From the NCBI GenBank assembly GCA_017992175.1, contig JAGOPD010000007.1, positions 1,164 through 65,163 on the forward strand: 64,000 nt of DNA, given 5' to 3'. A model generated the notes under the pieces. That model searched no databases. It saw only the letters and a program-made list of their open reading frames with translations, and was not told the DNA's origin. Each line of letters opens with the position of its first letter. Positions within the stretch are counted from its first letter, which is position 1. This DNA is from Candidatus Saccharicenans sp. (GTDB lineage Bacteria > Acidobacteriota > Aminicenantia > Aminicenantales > Saccharicenantaceae). Positions 28,033 through 37,267 of the stretch are shown here, one piece after another. Made by a program: the position numbers and the translations under genes.

Positions 28033-29196
28033 TTAAACCGGCTTTTTTTTCTTGAGCAGGGGCTGGTATTCCTCGAAGACAGGAATCAGCTTGGTGGTCT
28101 CAAAGCGGATTCTTTCCCATTTCTCAATATCAATTGAACAGAAAGCTTCGACTACCTGCGGATCAAAATGAGAACCGGCATTTTTTATAATTTCTTCCCT
28201 GGCTGTCTGGAAATCCCTTTCGGCCCGGTAGGGGCGATGGGAGGTGATGGCATCCAGAGCATCAGCCAGGGCAAAAATTCTTGATTCCAGCGGGATTTCT
28301 TCTCTTTTTAACCCCCGGGGATAACCAGAACCATCATATCTTTCGTGATGATATAAGATGATATGGCCAACTTCGGCCAGCATTTTCATTTCTTTAATCA
28401 GGCCGAAACCGAGTGAAGGATGAAGCCTTATCTTTTCCCATTCGTCTGGAGTTAACTCGCCTGGTTTTTTAAGAATTGAATCGGGGATAGCAATCTTGCC
28501 AATATCGTGGAGGAGAGAACCTTTTCTGATGTTATCCAGCCGGGTTTGCTGATTGATACCCAGCAACCTGGCCAGCACCTGACAGTATTTAGAAACAGTC
28601 TGGGAATGGCCAAAAGTTTCTACATCCCTTAAATCCAGAGCGGTCATCAAATTCTCGACAGTCGTATCGTAAATTTCTTCCAGTTCGAGCATTTTCCTGA
28701 TATGCCGGGAGTGCTCCAGTCTCAACCTGGTCAGGTTTTTTAAATAAAATTCGTTTTCCTGTTGGAGCTGCCGGCGGGCAAGTTCAGCCCGGACCGCGGA
28801 AAAAATGGAAGGCAGGTTGTTCCGGGAACAAATATAATCAACCAATCCGGATTGAAGGCAGGGAAGATACTGGCTGGAAATAGCAGGCGGAGTCAGGACG
28901 ATTACCGCCAGCCGGGGAAAAGCCTTTTTTAAAGGCAGAAGTTCTGAACATTTTTCTCCCTGGAGCAGCTGGTCAGACAAAATCAGGATGGCGTTTTTCA
29001 AGGACCTGTCTGTTTGATTAGCAGCCGGCAGGGAAGCCACGGCCCCGGCTTCAACTCTTAGCCCGGTCAGCCAATCAAGCAGCCGCTGGCTGTATTTCTG
29101 GTCATGATCAATGATAAATATTTTGGACTGGTTATTCTGGTTATTTTGATGATTATTATTCAAATTAGCACCCGCATTTATTGTATCTGTATACAT
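28033..29196 (-). CDS. response-regulator receiver + HD-GYP c-di-GMP phosphodiesterase
   Basis: Asn/Gln-rich N-terminus, then a REC-like domain (IFIIDHD...ILILSD...VIVLT), then HD-GYP motifs LLHDIGK and HHERYDGSGYPRGL. Confidence 0.85.
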   Translation of the reverse strand: MYTDTINAGANLNNNHQNNQNNQSKIFIIDHDQKYSQRLLDWLTGLRVEAGAVASLPAANQTDRSLKNAILILSDQLLQGEKCSELLPLKKAFPRLAVIVLTPPAISSQYLPCLQSGLVDYICSRNNLPSIFSAVRAELARRQLQQENEFYLKNLTRLRLEHSRHIRKMLELEEIYDTTVENLMTALDLRDVETFGHSQTVSKYCQVLARLLGINQQTRLDNIRKGSLLHDIGKIAIPDSILKKPGELTPDEWEKIRLHPSLGFGLIKEMKMLAEVGHIILYHHERYDGSGYPRGLKREEIPLESRIFALADALDAITSHRPYRAERDFQTAREEIIKNAGSHFDPQVVEAFCSIDIEKWERIRFETTKLIPVFEEYQPLLKKKKPV

Positions 29197-29268
29197 TATT
29201 TAGGGCCAAAGAGCAATAGGGATTTTTCCCGAGCTCAGGACAGGTCTGGACTGTAGCTTTTTGATCTG

Positions 29269-29307
29269 GCCGGGGGTGAGAAAAAGCCGGTGGCTCTCAC
29301 CCCCGGC
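29269..29307. repeat. perfect 13-bp inverted repeat in a divergent intergenic region
   Basis: GCCGGGGGTGAGA (29269-29281) and TCTCACCCCCGGC (29295-29307), separated by 13 nt. Confidence 0.7.
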
Positions 29308-29369
29308 TACCGGTTCTCCTCCTCGCGCTTCAGCCTCAAAATACTGTCTGACCTCACCCGAAATTTATC

Positions 29370-29398
29370 TTGACACCGATAGAGGCTGATTTTAGAAT
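29370..29398 (+). promoter_or_regulatory. sigma70-type promoter candidate
   Basis: TTGACA (29370-29375), a 17-nt spacer, then TAGAAT (29393-29398). It coincides with the TTG taken as the ORF start by the track. Confidence 0.45.
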
Positions 29399-30743
29399 GA
29401 AAGAGCCAAGGTCAAAGGAGAGGTCAGTGGACATAAACAGCGAAGAAGAAAAAAAGCCGGTTTCAATTATCCAGGAAATTGAGACTCAGCTGGAGAGTTA
29501 TCTCCGCCGCCAGCATGAGGAAATCGAAAGAAAATTAGAACAGAGAATTCAGGAAGAGCGTGAATTAGCCAAGGAGCAGTTAAGTCAGATCGAAGAGGAA
29601 GTTAAACAAGAATGGCAGGCCCTGGAAGAATATGGTCAATTATGGGAGCAGTTTGAAGAGGAAAGAAACCAGATTCTGCAGAAAATCAGAGGGTATTTAA
29701 ATAACATTGTCGGGCGCCAGCAAAAAATTGAAGAGCTGGCTAAAGAAACCTCAGAAGATATTAGGGTTATTAACGGCCTGCAGGACCGCCTGGAAGAAAT
29801 TCGCAACCAGTCCATGGAAAAATCAGGCTTCTTAAAAAGGCAGCTGGAAGAAAAATTCGGGCTGAAAGCTGAGCTGGTGGAAAAAACCTCAACTCCGGCT
29901 GAAGAGATCGACTTAACCGCGGAGATCGAAAAGCTTCAGAAAGTTAAAGAGCTGCTGACGCTCGAACAGGAAGTCAAAGGGGGGGCAATCACTCCTGCCA
30001 GCCAGATAGAAAATGAGAAACCGGAAGCGAAAAGCGGCGAGGAGCCAGAGGCAGAAATTGAACTAAAGGCACCTGGTCAAGCCGAAGTCCAGACTGAAAC
30101 CGGGTCTGAAGCCGGTCCAGAACCAGACTCCCGGCGGGAACCAAGCCTGGAAGAAAAACTGGCTGAGAAAATAAAAAAAGACCTGGTCGAAAAGATGAAC
30201 AGCTACAAGGCGGCCGAAGGTGAAAAGACCAACGGCCAGGAGGCTGAGGAGGGCAGCACTGACCGCCAGGAACTCCTGACTTTTTATCACCAGGAACCGG
30301 CCAATGGTTCCGGCTGGATTGGTTATTACCAGAAGAACGACCATAGTGTTGTCGAGATCCAGGAAATACTTAACCGAATCAAAAAGACAGTGGAAGAGGC
30401 TAAAAAGGCTTATTACAAATTGAATTTAGTCAGCTCGGTTAAAGAGCAATTCTTTTTAAAAAGAGAATTAATTGCCGAGCAGGAAGACTTGAAAAAATAC
30501 CTGCAAAAAGTTCTCTCCCTGGCTGAAAAAAAACGGTTTACTTTCCCGCTGCTGGCCCAGGATTTCTTGAATCAGGCCGTAATGGAAGACCTGGTTGATT
30601 TGCTGCGCACTCAAAACTGGGGGGCGCCTGAGGATCTTAATCATTTTGAGCAGAAGACCATGGCTATTATCTCCAGTTTTGGTGACCGGGTTAATCCGCC
30701 CTCAGTTTATTATTCCATCCTGAGAAAAGAACTGGAAATCTAA
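29370..30743 (+). CDS. Glu/Lys-rich coiled-coil protein, function unknown (start probably downstream, e.g. GTG 29427)
   Basis: 457-aa ORF. The first ~250 aa are strongly heptad-like and acidic; the C-terminal ~150 aa are more globular. The GTG at 29427 is preceded by AAGGAGAGG. Confidence 0.6.
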   Translation: MTPIEADFRMKEPRSKERSVDINSEEEKKPVSIIQEIETQLESYLRRQHEEIERKLEQRIQEERELAKEQLSQIEEEVKQEWQALEEYGQLWEQFEEERNQILQKIRGYLNNIVGRQQKIEELAKETSEDIRVINGLQDRLEEIRNQSMEKSGFLKRQLEEKFGLKAELVEKTSTPAEEIDLTAEIEKLQKVKELLTLEQEVKGGAITPASQIENEKPEAKSGEEPEAEIELKAPGQAEVQTETGSEAGPEPDSRREPSLEEKLAEKIKKDLVEKMNSYKAAEGEKTNGQEAEEGSTDRQELLTFYHQEPANGSGWIGYYQKNDHSVVEIQEILNRIKKTVEEAKKAYYKLNLVSSVKEQFFLKRELIAEQEDLKKYLQKVLSLAEKKRFTFPLLAQDFLNQAVMEDLVDLLRTQNWGAPEDLNHFEQKTMAIISSFGDRVNPPSVYYSILRKELEI

Positions 30744-30772
30744 AAACGGCTTTAATCCTGAGGCCGGTCTCT

Positions 30773-32791
30773 TTAATTAAAAGTTTCTTTTTGAATTTCC
30801 TGGAAATAGTCTTCCAGCAAGCTGAGGTCTTCTGAACTCAGGTCTTTAAATCTGAGGCCGGTATAAAAGGTTGGAATTTCAGTTCCAGCTTTTTCCGAGT
30901 AAACAACTTCCGTCTGTAAGGATCTGGCTTTCTTACCCAGAACCAGAACAACTTCCAATGATCTGGAGACCGGCAAAGGTTTTTCTGAGATTATTTTAGT
31001 TCCGCCCAGACTCAGATTAATAGTTTTGCTGACCTTGAGCTGATCCTCCTCTTTATACATCAAAAAAGTGGCAGTGAAATATCTCTGGAAATGCCTCTTT
31101 TCCCGGTAAAGTTTTTCCTGGAAGGCAAAGGTGGCTGATAGTTGATCGCCTCTTTCCCAGTCGCGGGAATAAGCTACCACCTGGTTTTTCAGGCTGGCCT
31201 TGGCTGAACCCTCGGCCGGGGGTAATCTCCAGGTTTCCTTGCCTTTGGCCGCCGCCAGGGCCAGATCGCATTCATGAACCAGGTGCTTTAAGTCATCTTT
31301 GGTCAGGCCATCGCTGTCGGCCATCTGCCGCCGGGGAAAGACAGTTACACCGAAAGACATGGTCAGATTGTTTCTGGGCTGATATTCTTCAAAAGGAAAA
31401 TAATGTTCTTCAATATTTTTTCTGATCCGGTCGGTTAGCTGGCAGGCTTCATCCAGGCTGGCCACCCCTTCCAGAAAGAACAGGAACTCTTCTCCGCCAT
31501 AACGGCAGATTAAATCTTCTTCCCGGACTGACTGGCGCATAATGAGGGCCAGCTCCTGGAGTAATCGGTTACCTGCCTCATGACCATTACGGTCATTGTA
31601 GTGCTTGAACCAGTCCACATCGCCCATAACCATAGCAAAAGAACCTTCTTCTTTTCTTCTTTTGCTCATCGAGTTGACTTTCTGCAGGATCCGGTCGAAG
31701 AAAGGATCAGCCCGCAGCAAGCCGGTCAGGGCATCATACTGAATCAGATTGAGCTTGGTCATGGCAATGCCGATGTGCTCTGACAGGCCGCGCAGAATTT
31801 CCTGATCTTCCTGGCTGAAGCCTTCTTTAACCTCGTCCCCCGGGGAGACTTTGTTATAAACTTCGACCACTCCGATGATCTGATCCTCATAAATAATGGG
31901 CACAGCCAGAATACTCTTCAAAGGTTCTTTGAGATTATGCTGATAGCGGATAGAAAATCTCTGATCCGAGGCCGGGTCGGCCAGATTGATTTCCAGTCCA
32001 TAGGTGGCGACAGCCGAGGCGAAGTCAGGCGCTTTCATTCTGGCCACATATCTGAAAGTTTCGGGATGGGTGATAAAAGTATCATCCCAGATTATTGGCT
32101 TGAGGTGCTTCCCCAGAGTTTCATTCTCTTCAATCAGATAAATAGTCAGGCCTCTGGCTTCTAATAATTCCTTTATTTCAGGCACCACGCCCAGCAGGCT
32201 GCCGACATCATTAGCCAAATAAATTTTTCTGATTATGTCTTCAGTTTTTTGCCGTTCCTTTTGAGACCAGATATAGCGGGCCTCAATCGAGATGCGCTTT
32301 TCCAATTCCCGCAAATAATTCTGATTGATCAGCTGTTTTATTTCCTTAATCTGTCTGAAAATTTCCTTAGTATTTCTGGCCGACAGGGAAAGTGATTGCT
32401 GGAGTTCAGTCCACTCTTTTTTGATCCGGCTAACATTGACCGCTCGCTGCAGCAGCAGGCTGAGAATTGGCTCGAAAGGCTGGCCATTTCTCTCCAGAAT
32501 ATAGTCCAGATAATATTCTTGCGGCCAGCTGAGGAGCATCTGATAAACCTCGGCCTCATCCTGGCCGACGATAATGACCGAAATGTCTTTGTTGATCAGG
32601 TCTTTCCAGCGGTCATAAGCTGCATAGGTGCTATCGACGACCATCACCCAGAAATCTTGATGGCTGATGAGAGCCGGGATTTCCTCCGGAGAGTTAGCCA
32701 CGACCGGTTGGAACTCACGTTCACAGACTCTGACTATTTTGAGAGCTTGTTCCACTTCACTAACAAGAACAAGAACACTTATTTGGGCCAT
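30773..32791 (-). CDS. REC-like / GAF / GGDEF diguanylate cyclase with C-terminal PilZ domain
   Basis: GGEEF active site with the I-site REED five residues upstream. GAF-like segment (ILAVPIIYEDQIIGVVEVYNK). C-terminal PilZ motifs RHFQR and NLSLGG. Confidence 0.85.
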   Translation of the reverse strand: MAQISVLVLVSEVEQALKIVRVCEREFQPVVANSPEEIPALISHQDFWVMVVDSTYAAYDRWKDLINKDISVIIVGQDEAEVYQMLLSWPQEYYLDYILERNGQPFEPILSLLLQRAVNVSRIKKEWTELQQSLSLSARNTKEIFRQIKEIKQLINQNYLRELEKRISIEARYIWSQKERQKTEDIIRKIYLANDVGSLLGVVPEIKELLEARGLTIYLIEENETLGKHLKPIIWDDTFITHPETFRYVARMKAPDFASAVATYGLEINLADPASDQRFSIRYQHNLKEPLKSILAVPIIYEDQIIGVVEVYNKVSPGDEVKEGFSQEDQEILRGLSEHIGIAMTKLNLIQYDALTGLLRADPFFDRILQKVNSMSKRRKEEGSFAMVMGDVDWFKHYNDRNGHEAGNRLLQELALIMRQSVREEDLICRYGGEEFLFFLEGVASLDEACQLTDRIRKNIEEHYFPFEEYQPRNNLTMSFGVTVFPRRQMADSDGLTKDDLKHLVHECDLALAAAKGKETWRLPPAEGSAKASLKNQVVAYSRDWERGDQLSATFAFQEKLYREKRHFQRYFTATFLMYKEEDQLKVSKTINLSLGGTKIISEKPLPVSRSLEVVLVLGKKARSLQTEVVYSEKAGTEIPTFYTGLRFKDLSSEDLSLLEDYFQEIQKETFN

Positions 32792-32944
32792 GATGGCGGG
32801 AAGATGACTTTTCCCTGGGTCCTCCTAAATGACCTTAGAAACCTTAGCTTGCTTATAATCTACTTAAATTATTTTTTGGAGTCAACTTATTTTTTAAGCA
32901 GGAAAAATAGGCGGGAAAAGGAGCTTTGGCCAGTCTCCGTATTT

Positions 32945-32973
32945 TTGAATAAGAAGAATTAGTATGCTATATT
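32945..32973 (+). promoter_or_regulatory. sigma70-type promoter candidate for gltX
   Basis: TTGAAT (32945-32950), a 17-nt spacer, then TATATT (32968-32973). It lies about 40 nt upstream of the gltX ATG. Confidence 0.4.
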
Positions 32974-33012
32974 TTACCTGTCTTAATTTTTCATCTGGAA
33001 AAAGATTGTCTT

Positions 33013-34473
33013 ATGGTTAGAGTTAGATTTGCCCCCAGCCCGACAGGTCAGCTTCATGTCGGTGCCCTCCGGACGGCTTTATTTAACTGGCTGTTCGCCC
33101 GTCAGCAGAAAGGATCACTGGTTCTGAGGATTGAAGATACGGATGTCAGCCGCTCTTCAGAAGAAATGACTGCGACTATTCTTGAAGCTCTTAGCTGGGT
33201 CGGCCTGGACTGGGATGAAGGACCAATCTATCAATCACAGCGTTTTGAGGTTTACCGCCGGGCGGCCCACCAGCTGGTTTCGCAGGGCCAGGCCTATTAC
33301 TGCTTCTGTACTCCGGAAGAAATTGACAGGCGGCGGGAGGAAGCTAAGGCCCGGGGCCAGCACTGGAAATATGACCGCCAGTGCCTTCATCTTCCGGCTG
33401 AGAAAAAAGATGAGCTCTTAAAAAAAGGAGTGCCGGCGGCCATCCGGTTTTTAATGCCAGAAGGCCTGACTGAGTTCGAAGATCTGATCCACGGGCACAT
33501 CTCGGTTGAAAATAAGAATCTTGAGGATTTTGTTCTGCTCCGTAGTGACGGCTTTCCGACCTACCATCTGTCAGTGGTAGTTGACGATATTGAAGCCAGA
33601 ATTACCCATGTGATCAGAGGCGATGATCATATCACCAATACTCCCAAGCAAATTCTGCTCTACCGGGCTTTTCAAGCCGAGCTGCCCCGGTTTGCTCATT
33701 TGCCACTGATCCTCGGGCCTGACCGGAAGAAATTGAGCAAAAGACATGGCCACACGGCTGTTCTGAGTTTCCGTGACCAGGGTTATTTGCCTTTAGCCTT
33801 TTTCAATTTCATGGCCCAGTTGAGCTGGTCGCCAGGCCGCGAAGAAAAAATCTATAGCCGGGAAGAAATGATCGCCGGGTTTTCGCTTGACCATGTAAGC
33901 AAGGGCAGCCCGGTCTTTGACCTCAATAAGCTTCAGTGGCTGAATAGCCGCTTGATCAATGAGCTGCCGGTGGCTGATCTGGTCAACGAAGTTCGTCCCT
34001 GGCTGGAGAAAAAGGGCCTGCGGCCAGAGGCTTACCTTGAGGAAAAAAGGGACTGGTTGACAAAACTGGTCGAACTGGTCAGGCCAAGGAGCAGGACGCT
34101 GGCCGAACTGGCTGAAATGATAGCTCCTTTTATTTCCGGGCAGGTCGTCTATGATCCAGAAGCAGTCAAAAAATACCTGCTTGAGACTGAACTGGAAAAG
34201 CTTCTGCCGAAGCTAAAAGAAGATTTTAAACGGGTAGAGCCATTTAAGGCGGCTGAATTAGAACCAGTTTTGCGGTCCAGAGCAGAAAAAGAAGGAGTGA
34301 AGGCGGCCGTTTTTATTCATGCTTTAAGAGTTCTTTTACTCGGGCGGTCGGTTGGGCCAGGGATTTTTGAGGTTCTGGAACTTATGGGGAAAGAAAAAAC
34401 TCTGGCCAGGCTGGACAATTTAGCCGAAGCCAGAAAAGCCATAGACAAACCAGGGGAGGTAAAAAATGGCTGA
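33013..34473 (+). CDS. gltX: glutamyl-tRNA synthetase
   Basis: Class I motifs: a HIGH-like segment ([10 protein letters not shown]) and KLSKR. Confidence 0.95.
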   Translation: MVRVRFAPSPTGQLHVGALRTALFNWLFARQQKGSLVLRIEDTDVSRSSEEMTATILEALSWVGLDWDEGPIYQSQRFEVYRRAAHQLVSQGQAYYCFCTPEEIDRRREEAKARGQHWKYDRQCLHLPAEKKDELLKKGVPAAIRFLMPEGLTEFEDLIHGHISVENKNLEDFVLLRSDGFPTYHLSVVVDDIEARITHVIRGDDHITNTPKQILLYRAFQAELPRFAHLPLILGPDRKKLSKRHGHTAVLSFRDQGYLPLAFFNFMAQLSWSPGREEKIYSREEMIAGFSLDHVSKGSPVFDLNKLQWLNSRLINELPVADLVNEVRPWLEKKGLRPEAYLEEKRDWLTKLVELVRPRSRTLAELAEMIAPFISGQVVYDPEAVKKYLLETELEKLLPKLKEDFKRVEPFKAAELEPVLRSRAEKEGVKAAVFIHALRVLLLGRSVGPGIFEVLELMGKEKTLARLDNLAEARKAIDKPGEVKNG

Positions 34474-36151
34474 AAAAGAACAGGCAGCTTATAAACCGGT
34501 TCGGGCTCCGCGCGGCAACCGTCTTCATTGCCGGGGCTGGTCGCAGGAAGCCGCGATGCGGATGCTGATGAATAACCTTGATCCGGAGGTGGCCGAAAAG
34601 CCGCAGGAGCTAATTGTTTATGGCGGCACCGGAAAAGCTGCCCGTAACTGGGATTGCTTTCACACCATCGTCAGCAGTTTGAAAAAACTCGAGAATGATG
34701 AAACCCTGCTCGTTCAGTCCGGTAAACCGGTTGGCATCTTTAAAACCCACCCGGAAGCTCCTCGAGTCTTAATTTCCAATGCCATGCTGGTGCCGAAATG
34801 GGCGACCTGGGATGAATTCCGGCGGCTGGAAGCTTTAGGCCTGACTATGTATGGCCAGATGACAGCCGGCAGCTGGATCTATATCGGGACTCAGGGTATT
34901 CTGCAGGGTACTTTTGAGACCTTAGCCGCCGCCGCTAAGAAGCATTTTGGCGGGTCGCTTAAAGGCAGGCTGGTGGTAACAGCCGGCCTGGGTGGGATGG
35001 GTGGCGCCCAGCCCCTGGCCGTCACCATGAACGGGGGAGTGGCCATTATTGCCGAAGTTGATCCAGCCAGAATCAAGCGCCGCCTTGATACTAAATATGT
35101 TGATACTATGACTGACAGCTTAGATGAGGCGCTCAAAATGGCTAACGAAGCCTGTAAAAAGGGCCAGCCGTTATCCATTGCTCTTCTGGCTAATGCTGCT
35201 GATCTATTACCTGAGCTGGTTAAGAGGGGCATCACGCCCGATGTTCTGACCGATCAAACTTCAGCTCATGATGAACTTAATGGTTATGTGCCCCGCGGCT
35301 TGCCTTATGAGCAAGCCCTTGAGCTGAGAAAAAATAATCCCCAGGATTATATCCGCCGCTCCTACGAATCAATGGCAGCTCACGTTGAAGCTATGCTCGA
35401 ACTTCAGAAAAGAGGGGCCAGGACTTTTGATTATGGCAATAACCTCCGCGGTCAAGCCAAAAAAGCAGGTGTGGAAAAAGCTTTTGACATTCCCGGTTTT
35501 GTTCAAGAATATATCAGGCCGCTTTTCTGTTTGGGGAAAGGACCTTTTCGCTGGGTGGCCCTGTCTGGTAAGCCAGAAGACATTTATGCCACCGATGAGG
35601 CCGTGCTCAAGATGTTTCCTGAAGATGAGTCTTTAGCCAGGTGGATCAAAAATGCTCAGCAGAAGGTCAAATTTCAGGGGCTGCCGGCCCGTCTCTGCTG
35701 GCTTGGCTATGGAGAAAGAGCGCTATTTGGTGATGTAATCAACACCCTGGTTAAGAAGGGGAAAATAAGCGCCCCGATAGTTATTGGCCGGGATCATTTG
35801 GATACCGGGTCAGTTGCTTCACCCAACCGGGAGACGGAAAAGATGAAAGATGGTTCGGATGCGATTGCCGACTGGCCGATCCTTAATGCCCTGCTCAATG
35901 CGGTTAATGGGGCTTCCTGGGTTTCAGTTCATCATGGCGGCGGAGTCGGAATTGGGCTGTCTATTCATGCTGGCATGGTAATCGTCGCCGATGGTTCAGC
36001 CGCCATGGCCAGGCGCCTCGAACGTGTTCTGACTGTTGATCCTGGAATTGGTGTTGTCCGCCATGCTGATGCCGGTTATGAAGAGGCTATCGCCTGTGCC
36101 CGCCGGAATAAGATTAAAATGCCCTGTTTACCGAAAAAATCAGCCAAATAA
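34466..36151 (+). CDS. hutU: urocanate hydratase
   Basis: 561 aa with characteristic HutU segments ([35 protein letters not shown]). Overlaps gltX by 8 nt. Confidence 0.95.
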   Translation: MAEKEQAAYKPVRAPRGNRLHCRGWSQEAAMRMLMNNLDPEVAEKPQELIVYGGTGKAARNWDCFHTIVSSLKKLENDETLLVQSGKPVGIFKTHPEAPRVLISNAMLVPKWATWDEFRRLEALGLTMYGQMTAGSWIYIGTQGILQGTFETLAAAAKKHFGGSLKGRLVVTAGLGGMGGAQPLAVTMNGGVAIIAEVDPARIKRRLDTKYVDTMTDSLDEALKMANEACKKGQPLSIALLANAADLLPELVKRGITPDVLTDQTSAHDELNGYVPRGLPYEQALELRKNNPQDYIRRSYESMAAHVEAMLELQKRGARTFDYGNNLRGQAKKAGVEKAFDIPGFVQEYIRPLFCLGKGPFRWVALSGKPEDIYATDEAVLKMFPEDESLARWIKNAQQKVKFQGLPARLCWLGYGERALFGDVINTLVKKGKISAPIVIGRDHLDTGSVASPNRETEKMKDGSDAIADWPILNALLNAVNGASWVSVHHGGGVGIGLSIHAGMVIVADGSAAMARRLERVLTVDPGIGVVRHADAGYEEAIACARRNKIKMPCLPKKSAK

Positions 36152-36203
36152 TAAATAAATAGATAAATAAAAAAAGAATAAAGCGATAAAGGCCGGTTTA
36201 GCT

Positions 36204-37160
36204 TCAGGATAAAAGCTTGAGCAACCGGTATTCGGGTTCAAAGATTAGTTTTTTAGGTTTTATCGCCGTTTCCAGGGGAATGAGTTTAATCTCTTCATCT
36301 TTCAGGGCGACGCATTTATCATTTTCTCCGGCCAGAAGAGCTTCCACGGCGGCACTGCCCAGCTTGGCTCCAAGCAGGCGGTCTATGGCTGTCGGGCGGC
36401 CGCCCCGCTGGATATGACCAAGGACAGCGATTCTGGTCTCGAGACCGGTCAGGAGAGTAATAGCGGTGGCTACATCCTGAGCCCGGGCTTTGCCCTCAGC
36501 CACGATAATGATCCAGCTAACCTTGCCCTGAGCGTTTCCGGCCTGTATCTCCCGGCAAATTTCATTGAGGTCAAAGTCCTGTTCAGGCAGAATGACATCC
36601 TCACAGCCGCCGGCTAAAGCCACTTTCATGGCAATATAGCCACAATCCCGGCCCATGACCTCTACCACGAAAATCCTTTCCAGACTGGTAGCGGTGTCAC
36701 GAATCTTATCCAGGGCATCCAGAGCGACATTGACGGCGGTATCAGCTCCCAGACATTGATCAACCTGATTAACATCATTGTCAATCGTAGCTGGCAGGCC
36801 GATTACCTGAACTCCATATTGAGTCGCCAGGATATGTGCTCCGGTTAGCGAGCCATTCCCACCGATAACTATCAAACCATCAAGCTTATATTTCTCAATT
36901 GTCCTGGCTGCCTGGGCCTGGCCTTCTCCAGTCAGAAACCTTTCGGAGCGAGCCGACTTCAGAATGGTTCCACCCAGATTAATGATGCCGGATACCGCCC
37001 GGCGATCAAGAGGGCGCAGCTCACCGTCAATCAGCCCGTCATAGCCCCGGAGTATGCCAAAAACTTCAGTTTCCTTACTCGTCGCTGTTCTGACCACGGC
37101 TCTTAAAGCAGCATTAATTCCGGCGCAATCCCTGGTTATAATTCCAAAACGCTTGGCCAT
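36204..37160 (-). CDS. pfkA: 6-phosphofructokinase (PfkA family, atypical nucleotide-site motifs)
   Basis: PfkA motifs PATIDND, VEVMGR and GHIQRGG are present. The ATG at 37160 (MAKRFGII) matches the canonical N-terminus; the track ORF starts at 37187. Confidence 0.85.
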   Translation of the reverse strand: MAKRFGIITRDCAGINAALRAVVRTATSKETEVFGILRGYDGLIDGELRPLDRRAVSGIINLGGTILKSARSERFLTGEGQAQAARTIEKYKLDGLIVIGGNGSLTGAHILATQYGVQVIGLPATIDNDVNQVDQCLGADTAVNVALDALDKIRDTATSLERIFVVEVMGRDCGYIAMKVALAGGCEDVILPEQDFDLNEICREIQAGNAQGKVSWIIIVAEGKARAQDVATAITLLTGLETRIAVLGHIQRGGRPTAIDRLLGAKLGSAAVEALLAGENDKCVALKDEEIKLIPLETAIKPKKLIFEPEYRLLKLLS

Positions 37161-37267
37161 AGGCTTGACCTCAATTATGAAATCCATTGAATATTAGCAG
37201 AAAAAGACCAGGCTTTAAAGACCGGGCCGGGACTGGTTCTGAGCGGCAGTCTGTCTCAATAGATAAT

